Origin: an uncultured Actinomycetota bacterium
Lineage (GTDB): Bacteria > Actinomycetota > Acidimicrobiia > Acidimicrobiales > SZUA-35
DNA length: 64,000 nucleotides
Assembly: GCA_963732695.1 (NCBI GenBank)
Contig: CAVTAP010000017.1
Location: 387,460 to 451,459 of the forward strand
Direction: 5' to 3'
A model generated the notes under the pieces. That model searched no databases. It had not been told where the DNA came from and was given only the letters and a program-made list of their open reading frames with translations. This document shows positions 29,228 through 38,087 of the stretch, piece after piece. The translations under genes were made by a program, and so were the position numbers. Position 1 is the first letter of the stretch; each line of letters starts with the position of its first letter.

Positions 29228-30130
29228 TCAGGCCATGCGGGCCCGGGCCCAGGCACCGAGCTTGGCCACGGCGTCGTCGGCCTCGGGGGCCCGCCCGGCC
29301 AGGAACTGGAAGACGTGCTGCATCTCGGGATACACCTCCACGCTCACCTCCACCCCGGCCTCGGTGGCCCGGGCGGCGAAGCGGTGGGAGTCGTCGAGCA
29401 ACGCCTCGTCCCCTCCCACCTGGATGAGCACGGGCGGCAGGCCGGCCAGATCGGCGTAGAGGGGGTTGGCCAGGGGGTCGGCCGGCGACGCCTCACCCAG
29501 GAAGGCGGTGGCCATCCCCATCAGGATCTCCCGCTGCACCAGTACGTCGACCGACGCGTTGCCGTCGATGGAGTCGCCCTTGCCCTCCATGTCGTACCAC
29601 GGGGACAGCGGCATGATGCCGGCCGGCACCGGCAGGTCCTCGTCGCGGGCCTGGAGCACCATGGAGGTGCACATGCCGCCGCCGGCCGAGTCGCCGCAGG
29701 TGACCACGTGGCCGGCCTCGATTCCCTGGTCGAGCAGCCATCGGTAGGCCCGAACGGCGTCCTCCACCGGTTGGGGGTGGGGGTGCTCGGGGGCCCGCCG
29801 GTAGTCGATCACCAGGGCCCGGCAGCCGGCCGCTTTGGCCAGGTGGCCCCCGAGCTTGCGGTGGGTGTGCATCGAGCCGACCACGTAGCCGCCGCCGTGG
29901 GTGTAGAAGATGACCCGGCTCTCGTCGCAGCCCACCGGGGTGCACCAGATGGCCGGCACGCCGCCGGCGTCGACCTCGGCGTAGGTCACGCCCTCGGGCT
30001 CGGCCGTGGGCAGGTGCCACTCTTCGAACAGGTCCCGCATCTCGTCGAGGCCCATCTCCGGGTCGGCCGCCATGCGCGCCACCCAACTCTTGTACAGGTC
30101 TTTCAACATCTCGGCCTGTGCACTTGCCAT
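29228..30130 (-). CDS. Alpha/beta hydrolase, hormone-sensitive-lipase-type esterase
   Basis: ATG at 30130 after GAGGAGGA. HGGG oxyanion motif (YTHGGGYVVGS) and nucleophile elbow GDSAGGG. Confidence 0.85.
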   Translation of the reverse strand: MASAQAEMLKDLYKSWVARMAADPEMGLDEMRDLFEEWHLPTAEPEGVTYAEVDAGGVPAIWCTPVGCDESRVIFYTHGGGYVVGSMHTHRKLGGHLAKAAGCRALVIDYRRAPEHPHPQPVEDAVRAYRWLLDQGIEAGHVVTCGDSAGGGMCTSMVLQARDEDLPVPAGIMPLSPWYDMEGKGDSIDGNASVDVLVQREILMGMATAFLGEASPADPLANPLYADLAGLPPVLIQVGGDEALLDDSHRFAARATEAGVEVSVEVYPEMQHVFQFLAGRAPEADDAVAKLGAWARARMA

Positions 30131-30174
30131 CGTCGTCCTCCTCTTGTCGTTTGGTGGGTGTGTGGGGTGGTCCC

Positions 30175-31566
30175 TCAGTCCGTGGAAGCGGTCAGCTGGC
30201 GGACCTCGGGATCGAGATCGACGGTGCTCTCCGGATGCTCGGGGCCGCCGCCGCACTCCCGGCGCAGCACCGGCATGATCTCCTCGGCGAAGCACATCAT
30301 CTGCTCCTCGATCTCGGTTGTGCTGAAACCACCCATTTCGAACCAGGCATTGAACATGAAGTCGTCGTACCCGGCGATCTCCCTGATCTTCAGGATCTCT
30401 TCGGTCACATAGTCCACCGAGCCGTGGATGGCCACCTTCCGGTCACGAAGCTCCTGGAAGGAGACCTTCCGGCCCATGTCGACATCCTCGCCCGGATCGG
30501 CCAGCACTCCAGCGAATCCGAACGGTCCGTAGTAGTCCCATTGCACCTCGAGACCGCGGGCCGCCCGGTCCATGTCGCCGATGCCCTTGTCGGCGATGTG
30601 GAGGTAGCGGCCGGTGATGATGCCCCGGCGCTTGGTGGCGTCCCAGCCGTATTTGAACTCGCCCCGGTTCAACCGGTCGGGCCAGCCCGCCTTCTCGGCG
30701 GCGTCGTAGTACATGCGGATGTTGTCCCGCAGGCGCAGGTTGGGCTCGACGATGAAGTAGGCGTTGACCCCGTTCTTGGCGGCGAACTCCACCGAGCGGG
30801 GGCTGGTGACCGGCTCCCACATCTGGGGGTAGGGCTTCTGCACCGGCTGGGGGTACACCTGCAGCTCCCGCAGCTTGGTCGTGGTGGCCAGCACCGGCGA
30901 GCCCATCGAGTACATGTCGGGCGCCCCGAGCTTGATGACGTCTTCCAGGGACCGTCCGACGTCGGGCTCGGAGAAGTAGGCGATCGTCTGCTGGTGGTTC
31001 CACCGGGTGTACGACGGCGGGATGGTGAAGAACTCGCCGTGGTGGCTGAACGAGTCCTGCGTCCAGCACTTGAGGATGATCTCGTAGGCCTCCTCGAAGT
31101 AGGCCCGGTTCCGCTCCTGGTCCTGGATGGTGGCGCCCATCTGGCCGCCCAGCACCTCGGTCTCCCGGGGCTGATAGCCCCGGCCCATACCGAAGTCGAG
31201 CCGGCCGCCCGAGATCACGTCGAGCATGGCCGCCTGCTCGGCGATGCGCACGGGGTGGTGCCAGGTGAGGATGTTGGCCGCCTGCCCCAGGCGGATGCGC
31301 TTGGTGAGGGCGGCGATCGCCATCTCGGTCATCAGCGGGTTGGGGCTGTACTCGGCCCCCTCGGGCTGGAAGTGGTGCTCGGTCATGAAGAAGGCGTCGA
31401 ACCCGAGCTTCTCGGCCAGCACACCCTGTCTGACCTGGCCGATCTGCACCCGGGCGGCCGACTCCTGGGTGGCCCGGAGATTGCCCTTATTGATCGCTAT
31501 GCCGTCCTTGGTGACCATCGTGGGAAGGTCGGACGCACCGTTGTGAAACACACCGATTTCGATCAT
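30175..31566 (-). CDS. LLM-class (luciferase-like) flavin-dependent oxidoreductase
   Basis: 463-aa ORF. Luciferase-like TIM-barrel signature regions (FDAFFMTEHHF, RLDFGMGRGY). Confidence 0.8.
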   Translation of the reverse strand: MIEIGVFHNGASDLPTMVTKDGIAINKGNLRATQESAARVQIGQVRQGVLAEKLGFDAFFMTEHHFQPEGAEYSPNPLMTEMAIAALTKRIRLGQAANILTWHHPVRIAEQAAMLDVISGGRLDFGMGRGYQPRETEVLGGQMGATIQDQERNRAYFEEAYEIILKCWTQDSFSHHGEFFTIPPSYTRWNHQQTIAYFSEPDVGRSLEDVIKLGAPDMYSMGSPVLATTTKLRELQVYPQPVQKPYPQMWEPVTSPRSVEFAAKNGVNAYFIVEPNLRLRDNIRMYYDAAEKAGWPDRLNRGEFKYGWDATKRRGIITGRYLHIADKGIGDMDRAARGLEVQWDYYGPFGFAGVLADPGEDVDMGRKVSFQELRDRKVAIHGSVDYVTEEILKIREIAGYDDFMFNAWFEMGGFSTTEIEEQMMCFAEEIMPVLRRECGGGPEHPESTVDLDPEVRQLTASTD

Positions 31567-31735
31567 GAGATCCTCCTCGGGGATGGGATGTATTCAGTTG
31601 TCTGTCCCCCACCGACAACCCTAGACGTGGAACTTTGCCCAGTGCCATCGCCTGGCCGCGAATATCCGCGGGAAATTCTTAGCCAATAGTTTAATTGGCG
31701 CGCGCAAAATTCTGTTGAATGAACAAATGTCGAGG

Positions 31736-34249
31736 TCAGGCGAGGGGTCGGGCGAACAGCACGAGGCTGGCGTAGGGCGCCAACTCCACCTGCTGGCCGG
31801 CCCGGTAGGCGGTGCCGGCGGCGTCGATCCCGTCGCCGGCCAGGGTCACCGTCCGGGAGGCGGCCGACGGGTTGGCCTCCACCGTCACGGCGTCGGCCAG
31901 GGTCAGGGGCGAACCGTCCACCGGTACCACCGAGACGTCGTCGAGCCAGGCCACGGTCCCGGGTGCCGTCAGCTCGAAGATCAGAAGGCTCGATCCGTCG
32001 CCGTCGTCGACGGTGTAGAACAGCTCGTGGCCCGCCGCCTCGGGTGCCAGCAGCACCCGCCTCGCCGGGGCCAACTCGGTGTAGGGCTCGACGGCCTGGC
32101 GGAGGAAGACCCGTATCGATCCCCCGGTCTCACCCCGGGCCGAGAACCGGACCCGGTAGGTGTCCCCGGCCGCCACCGGGCCGATGCCGGTGTCGACGTG
32201 CACCATGGGGCCACCACCCACGCTGTGGGCCACCCGGAGCCCGGGCGATCCCCCGGCGCCGCCGCCCTGATCCCATGACGCCTGCAGCTCGCCGTCGGGC
32301 CAGCCGAACCAGCCGTCGATGCCGCTGTCGAGCCGGCCGTTGCCCACCCGGTCGGGCCCGGCCTCACCGGTCACCGTGAACGGCGCCCGGGCCGACACGG
32401 CGCACCCCGATCCTGCGTCGTGGCCCGAGAGGCGCTGCCAGTCGCCCAGCAACCCGACGGCGTCGGTACCGGGTTGGCGGATCCCGAACTGGGGCTCGGC
32501 CAGCACCCCGCAGTAGCGGTTCCTGTCGATCGTGCCCAGCCCGGCCAGGAACGCCGGGTTGGGCGGGTTGGCGGTGGTGGTGGCGGAGAGGGCCATGGCC
32601 CGGCGGCCGTCCACCACCACCGTGTTGTCCTGTACGTCCAGACCCGACACCACCACGTCGCCCAGGTCGTCGTCGCCCAGCAGGATCCCCTCTTCCTCCG
32701 CTCCCACGACGGTGTTGCCGGTGACGGTCACGTCGGCCGCGTTGTGGAGGTAGATGCCCGACGAGCCCACGTTCAGCACCGTGTTGCCCGTGATCACCAC
32801 CCGCTGCGACTGATCGTCGATGTAGATGCCATGGGTGCCGGGGGTACGCAGCGGCGTGCCGGCGGCGGTGCCGGGGGCGTCGGCCACCAGGTTGTCGGCG
32901 ATCACCACGTCGCTGGCCTGGAAGGCGTAGATGCCGCCGCCGTCCGACTTGACCTGGTTGAACCGCCGGATGGTGTTGCCCCGCACCGTGGCCCGGTCGC
33001 GGATATCGATCCCCAGGTAGCCGACGTCGGCGATCGTGTTGCCCTCGAACACGAGGTCGGCGCCGCCGATCCGGGCCCCCAGGTAGTGTCCGTCGCCCCC
33101 ACCGCCCAGCCCGGGTAGGAGGGCGACGGCGGTGATCGACGACCCGGTGATGGAGCAGTCGACGCACGGATGGGCGTCGATCCCGATGTCGGCCACCGCG
33201 TGGACCGACACGGCCGTGACCGTGGCCTCCACGCAGCCGGCCAGATCCAGCCCGGTGGCGGCGTCGGCCACCGTCAGGTCGTGGACCGACACCGAGGTGC
33301 AGGCCGGGGCGGCCAGCGCCGTCCGGCCTCCCCGCAGGGCCAGATCGGCCACCTCCAGCCGGTGACCGCCGGTCAGGTCGAGCACAGCCGGGGAGGCCAC
33401 CGCCTCCACTGAGCCGGGAGCGGGTGCGTTCCCGGCCTGGACGGTGACCGAGCGGCTGGTGGCGTCCCACACCCATTCCTCCGGCCGGTCCAGGGCGGCC
33501 GGGTGGTTTTGGAAGAAGTAGCCGAAGCCGACGTAGAGCGGGTACGACGCCGGCTGGGCCAGCGTGAGCCGGTTGCCTTCCTGGGTCGCCACCGGGAGCC
33601 GGTCGAGCACCCAGGGCACGGAGCGGATCACGAGCTCGGCCCCCACCCAACTCGGCGTGGGCGATGCCGCCGCCAGCCCGTCGTCGATCACCACCCCCTG
33701 GCCCTGCTGGCCGGTGAAGTAGCGGTAGCCGTCGCCCTCGTCGGCGTTGGGCCACCGGGCCAGAGGGGCCAGCCGACCCTCCATCAGGACCAGTGGCTGT
33801 ACCTCGTCGCAGGTGGTGCACCGGGCCGTCCACCGGTTGGGCCCGGTGGGCTGCCACCCGGTGAGATCTTCCGCGCCGTCGAGCACGGGGGCCGGGCCGT
33901 CGCCGTAGGCGGCCAGGCTCAGCGTCCCGCTCTCGGGATCGCCGGCCCCGTCGAGGGCCCGGGTGTCGACGCGGAGGGTGCCGCCGAACACGTCGCCCCG
34001 GCGGAACAGAATGCGGCCGCCCGGAGGCACCTGGCCGTCGTCCACGGCCTGTTGGAGGCGGGCCAGCGTTTCCCACGCCTGGCCCTCGCTGTGGCCGTCG
34101 GCCCGGTCCGAGCCGTCGGCCGCCAGGTAGATGGTCGCCCCGTCATCGCCCAGGTAGCGGTGGAACAGCGATCGGGCCGCCACCAGCCCGCCGGCCACCA
34201 GCGCCAGGGCGGCGCCGATGGCCAGAGCAACCCTCGCCCTGCCCACCAT
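31736..34249 (-). CDS. Membrane-anchored/secreted right-handed parallel beta-helix repeat protein with C-terminal carbohydrate-binding-like domain
   Basis: Repeated NTI/GNT...GIYI motifs (GNTIADVGYLGIDI, GGIYAF, HGIYIDDQSQRVVITGNTVLNVGSSGIYLHNA). N-terminal hydrophobic anchor. C-terminal beta-sandwich-like ~180 aa. Confidence 0.7.
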   Translation of the reverse strand: MVGRARVALAIGAALALVAGGLVAARSLFHRYLGDDGATIYLAADGSDRADGHSEGQAWETLARLQQAVDDGQVPPGGRILFRRGDVFGGTLRVDTRALDGAGDPESGTLSLAAYGDGPAPVLDGAEDLTGWQPTGPNRWTARCTTCDEVQPLVLMEGRLAPLARWPNADEGDGYRYFTGQQGQGVVIDDGLAAASPTPSWVGAELVIRSVPWVLDRLPVATQEGNRLTLAQPASYPLYVGFGYFFQNHPAALDRPEEWVWDATSRSVTVQAGNAPAPGSVEAVASPAVLDLTGGHRLEVADLALRGGRTALAAPACTSVSVHDLTVADAATGLDLAGCVEATVTAVSVHAVADIGIDAHPCVDCSITGSSITAVALLPGLGGGGDGHYLGARIGGADLVFEGNTIADVGYLGIDIRDRATVRGNTIRRFNQVKSDGGGIYAFQASDVVIADNLVADAPGTAAGTPLRTPGTHGIYIDDQSQRVVITGNTVLNVGSSGIYLHNAADVTVTGNTVVGAEEEGILLGDDDLGDVVVSGLDVQDNTVVVDGRRAMALSATTTANPPNPAFLAGLGTIDRNRYCGVLAEPQFGIRQPGTDAVGLLGDWQRLSGHDAGSGCAVSARAPFTVTGEAGPDRVGNGRLDSGIDGWFGWPDGELQASWDQGGGAGGSPGLRVAHSVGGGPMVHVDTGIGPVAAGDTYRVRFSARGETGGSIRVFLRQAVEPYTELAPARRVLLAPEAAGHELFYTVDDGDGSSLLIFELTAPGTVAWLDDVSVVPVDGSPLTLADAVTVEANPSAASRTVTLAGDGIDAAGTAYRAGQQVELAPYASLVLFARPLA

Positions 34250-34287
34250 GGGCCCGCATCGTAACGCCGGCCGCTCGGCCCGGTGGA

Positions 34288-35886
34288 TCAGGGATCGATC
34301 AACACGCCGGCGTTGAGAATGCCCTTGGGATCGAGCGTGCGCTTGACCGCCCGGAGCGACTCGGCGAACAGCTCCGGCCGCTGCAGGTCATAGGCGCCGG
34401 GGCGGTGCATGCGGCCCACCGCGTGGTGGTGGGTGACGGTGCCGCCGGCCTTCACCACCACCTCGTTGGCCGCGCTCTTCACCTCCTGCCACATGGCGAT
34501 CTCCGAACCCTGGCGGCCCATACCGGACCACGTGTAGTACGGCGCCGGCCCATCGGGGTAGACGTGGGTGAAGCGGCAGCTCAGCTCGCCCTGCTGGCAC
34601 ACCTCGCCCAGCACCTTGCCCATCTCGGCCCGCACGGTGGCGTCGAACTCGGGCCAGCGGTCCCAGGTGATGGCGGTCTCGAAGGTGTCGGCCAGGAGGC
34701 CCAGGCTGGTGGCGGTGCCGGGATCGACCCCGATGAAGTTCCGCCGCCACTCCCCCACCGGGCCCTCATGGCCGGTGGGCGCTCCGCTGCCGTTGTCGAC
34801 CACCACGTTCTCGTCGGGGATGTGGCCGCCGCAGTCTCGGGCCAGGCCCACGGCGGCCCAGATGTTGGCGTCCTGGGGCAGCTCGGCCGACTCGAAGGCG
34901 ATGATCACCAGGGCCTGGTCCCCGTCGAGCCCGGCGGCCCGCTTGGCCTCGGACGGATCGAGGATCCGCAGGTTGGCCGGCCACAGCTTGGCCTGGGCGA
35001 TGTGGCGCACGGCTTCGGTGCCGGCAGCCCAGGAGTCGAACACCACGCCGGCGGTGGCCCGGAAGGTGGGGCGGGCCTGGATCCGCATCCAGGCCTCGGT
35101 GATGATGCCGAAGATCCCCTCGCTGCCGATGACCATCCGGTCGGGGCTGGGGCCGGCCCCGCTGCCCGGCAGCCGGCGCGACTCCCACCACCCCTGGGGG
35201 GTGAGCATCCGCACCGACTCCACGAAGTCGTCGATGTGGGTGTGGTTGGTGGCGTAGTGGCCGCCCGAGCGGGTGGCGATCCAGCCACCCAGGGTGGAGA
35301 ACCGGAACGACTGGGGGAAGTGGCGCAGTGTGTGACCCGACGCCTTGAGCTGGCTCTCCAGCGCCGGTCCGAACACCCCGGCCTGGATCCGGGCCGCCCG
35401 GGACGTGGCGTCGACCTCCAGCACCTCGTCGAGGCGGTCGAGGGCGATGGTGACGCAGGCGTCGACCCCCTCGGGCGGGTCGACCCCCCACACCACCGAT
35501 GAGCCGCCGCCGTAGGGCACCACGGCGTGGCCCTCCTCGTGGCACCAGCCGAGCACGGCCTCCAACTCGGCCTCGGTGCGGGGGTGGGCCACCAGATCGG
35601 GTGGGTTGGGGAAGTCGAGGTTGAAGGCCCGGGTGCGGTCGGTGAAGTGGGCCCCGTAGGCGTGCCGGGCCCGCTCGTAGATGTCGTCGAAGCAGAAGCC
35701 GGCCAGGGCGTCGGGGGCCGAGATCCGGGGGGCCCGCATCTCGGCGTCGGCCAGGTTCGGCACCGGCCGGGCCGTGACCTCCGTGCCGTAGCGCCCGCTC
35801 AGGTCTCGGGCCAGGGCCTGGCGGGCGGAGTCGGTCGGTTCCTCCGACTCGAGGCCCCAGGCCCAGAAGCTCATCCGGTCTGCCAT
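34288..35886 (-). CDS. FAD-binding (FAD-linked) oxidase, alkylglycerone-phosphate-synthase-like
   Basis: 532-aa ORF. VVPYGGGSSVVWG FAD-binding PCMH-type motif and a C-terminal FAD-oxidase domain (HHHAVGR). Confidence 0.8.
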   Translation of the reverse strand: MADRMSFWAWGLESEEPTDSARQALARDLSGRYGTEVTARPVPNLADAEMRAPRISAPDALAGFCFDDIYERARHAYGAHFTDRTRAFNLDFPNPPDLVAHPRTEAELEAVLGWCHEEGHAVVPYGGGSSVVWGVDPPEGVDACVTIALDRLDEVLEVDATSRAARIQAGVFGPALESQLKASGHTLRHFPQSFRFSTLGGWIATRSGGHYATNHTHIDDFVESVRMLTPQGWWESRRLPGSGAGPSPDRMVIGSEGIFGIITEAWMRIQARPTFRATAGVVFDSWAAGTEAVRHIAQAKLWPANLRILDPSEAKRAAGLDGDQALVIIAFESAELPQDANIWAAVGLARDCGGHIPDENVVVDNGSGAPTGHEGPVGEWRRNFIGVDPGTATSLGLLADTFETAITWDRWPEFDATVRAEMGKVLGEVCQQGELSCRFTHVYPDGPAPYYTWSGMGRQGSEIAMWQEVKSAANEVVVKAGGTVTHHHAVGRMHRPGAYDLQRPELFAESLRAVKRTLDPKGILNAGVLIDP

Positions 35887-35938
35887 GCTCGATCCTTCCT
35901 CGGTGGTCGGTCCGGCGCGAACCCTACACCGGCCTCTG

Positions 35939-37075
35939 TCAGCAGGCGGTCTTGCCGCCGTAGCTCCAGATCTTCACGTAGTCGAGCTGCATCCACACCG
36001 CCGAGGGCACCGAGCCCTTCCAGGCGTCGAGCTGGACGGCCAGGAAGTGGGGGTTGTCGGGGATCAGATCGGCATTGGTCTCGTTGATCGTCTTCACCGC
36101 CACCCCGTCTCGGTACAGCACCAGCTTGTCCGGGGCCCACTCCATCACCATCGTGTGCCACTGGGAGGCGTCGGCGGCGTGCACCGTGTAGTCCTGGTCG
36201 TGGACGGTGCCGAAGGGCTTGTGGATGAACGAGTAGAACTCGTGGCGGTCGCCCGGGGTCGACAGCGTCTCGTAGATGTTGTTCTCGCCGTCCCGGGGGT
36301 GGACGCCGGAGGTGGGCCACGTGAGCACGACGCCGCTGGTGCCCAGCGACAGGTCCTTGTCGGTGCGGACCCGGAACTCGTAGCGGCCGTACTTCTGGCT
36401 CAGCTTGTGCGACAGGCCACCGCTGACGATCGTGCCACCCTCCATCGAGGCCCGGATGTTGAGGGTGCCGCCCCACAGCGACAGGGCGCTGGGGCGGCGG
36501 AGCCCGTTGCCGGCGTTGCCGGTGGAGTTGTAGGCGCTCCACGAGGAGCCGAGGGCGGCGCCGTCGCCGGTGAACTGGTCGTCGAAGGCCAGGTTCCAGA
36601 TGGGCTGCCCCGAGGTGCAGGCGGGCGGCGGAGCGGGAGCCGGGCCGGGTGCCGGCGCCGGGGAGCCCCCGGTGCTGTTGAGCCGGGGGCTGATCCAGTC
36701 GGGGGCGGCACCGGCGGTGAGGCACATCGAGCGCTGGTACCAGGGCGTGCCGGTGGCGGTGAAGGTGACGCCCGACGGCGCCACCACGGTGACGACATAG
36801 CAGCCGTCGCCCGGGCGGAACTGGTAGTTGCCGGCGGCGTCGGTTCGGATCTCACCCAGGAAGGCCCCCCGTGATCCGTCGGCGTTGGCCCGGAACAGAT
36901 CCACCTGCACCCCGCTCACACCGGCGCCGCTGGCGTTGGTGACCGTCCCCTGGATCCCGACGATGGCGGCGCCGGCCGGGCTCGCCGACACCCCCGTGAG
37001 GGCCGACAGCAGCAGCGTGATGGCCAGGGCCGCGGCTGATCGACAGCCGAGCCGCTTCGTGTTCCGCACCGACAT
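35939..37075 (-). CDS. Secreted glycoside hydrolase family 16-like protein with N-terminal carboxypeptidase-regulatory/SdrD-B-like domain (copy 1)
   Basis: ATG at 37075 after GGAGGA. Signal peptide. GTVTNASGAGVSGVQVDLF...DAAGNYQF. GH16-like core with GRYEFRVRT and the catalytic-region string DGENNIYE. Confidence 0.75.
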   Translation of the reverse strand: MSVRNTKRLGCRSAAALAITLLLSALTGVSASPAGAAIVGIQGTVTNASGAGVSGVQVDLFRANADGSRGAFLGEIRTDAAGNYQFRPGDGCYVVTVVAPSGVTFTATGTPWYQRSMCLTAGAAPDWISPRLNSTGGSPAPAPGPAPAPPPACTSGQPIWNLAFDDQFTGDGAALGSSWSAYNSTGNAGNGLRRPSALSLWGGTLNIRASMEGGTIVSGGLSHKLSQKYGRYEFRVRTDKDLSLGTSGVVLTWPTSGVHPRDGENNIYETLSTPGDRHEFYSFIHKPFGTVHDQDYTVHAADASQWHTMVMEWAPDKLVLYRDGVAVKTINETNADLIPDNPHFLAVQLDAWKGSVPSAVWMQLDYVKIWSYGGKTAC

Positions 37076-37253
37076 GACCGTTCCTCCAGAGAGGTGCTCG
37101 GCTGCCCCGACTGGGTACTCTAGCCCATCGTTGGCCAAATATGACGAATGGGTGACGTGATCAAGCTTGAAGCGACCGTCAGCCGCCGATTTCCCGCTAG
37201 GGAAGCGCATCCGCCCTGGCCAACGGCCCGAAACGCCGACTAGCCTGTGGCCC

Positions 37254-38021
37254 GTGGTTAGCGTGAACAGGGCCGACAAGGCCGCCTGGCGGGATCTGTT
37301 CGTCGTGCTCCTGCTGGAGGCGGCGTTGGTGGCCGCGCTCCACTGGGTGGGCTCCGACCTCTACGACGTACCCGTGCGGGCGCTCGGGCCCTGGTTCCAG
37401 ACAACCGAGCCGACCGTCGCCCTGGTGGCGCTGGCCCGCCTGGTCGGTCTGGCCATCGGCTACTGGCTGCTCACCACCACCGTGCTGTACGCCCTGTCGT
37501 ACCATCTCGGGCTCGATGCGCTCACCCGGCTCCTGCACTGGGTGACCCTGCCGGTGGTCCGTCATGTGGTGCAGGGCGTGACGGCCCTGTCGCTGACCGG
37601 AGCCACCATCCTCGGCCCATCGGCCATCTCGGCCCTGCCGGCCATGGCCCAGCACATGGCGGTGACCCAGGGCGACACCACCTCCACCACCACGGTCGGG
37701 AGCGACGGCACGTTCACCCCGGGGGCGGCCGGTTGGCCGTCGAGCGGGGAGGACGGGAGCTTCTGGCTGCCCAACGCCGGCCTCACCCCGGCGGCAGTGG
37801 GGGCCCAGGCCGGAGCCGAACGCTACATCGTGGTCAAAGGCGACAACTTCTGGACGATCGCCGAGAGCCGGATCCGGTCGGTGAAAGGTGGCGGTGTCAC
37901 CGAGCGCCAGGTGGCCCAGTACTGGGTCGAGGTGGTCGACGCCAACCGCTCGTCGATCCGCTCCGGCGACCCCGACCTGATCTTCCCCGGCGAGCAGGTC
38001 ACCCTCCCCGCCGTCGAGTAG
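37254..38021 (+). CDS. Polytopic membrane protein with C-terminal LysM peptidoglycan-binding domain
   Basis: ORF 37167..38021 with an uncertain start (GTG 37254 chosen). Three to four hydrophobic helices. C-terminus YIVVKGDNFWTIAE...IRSGDPDLIFPGEQVTLP is LysM. Confidence 0.65.
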   Translation: MVSVNRADKAAWRDLFVVLLLEAALVAALHWVGSDLYDVPVRALGPWFQTTEPTVALVALARLVGLAIGYWLLTTTVLYALSYHLGLDALTRLLHWVTLPVVRHVVQGVTALSLTGATILGPSAISALPAMAQHMAVTQGDTTSTTTVGSDGTFTPGAAGWPSSGEDGSFWLPNAGLTPAAVGAQAGAERYIVVKGDNFWTIAESRIRSVKGGGVTERQVAQYWVEVVDANRSSIRSGDPDLIFPGEQVTLPAVE

Positions 38022-38087
38022 ACCCCGAATCTCCTCATGGAGCGTGCCACCGGTGAGACCCTCCATGAGGAGATTCCGGTTCGGGGT
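38022..38087. terminator. Long bidirectional hairpin between the convergent LysM and coupling-protein genes
   Basis: ACCCCGAA-TCTCCTCATGGAG ... CTCCATGAGGAGA-TTCCGG-TTCGGGGT: 13-bp plus 8-bp stems with a 6-nt bulge. Confidence 0.6.
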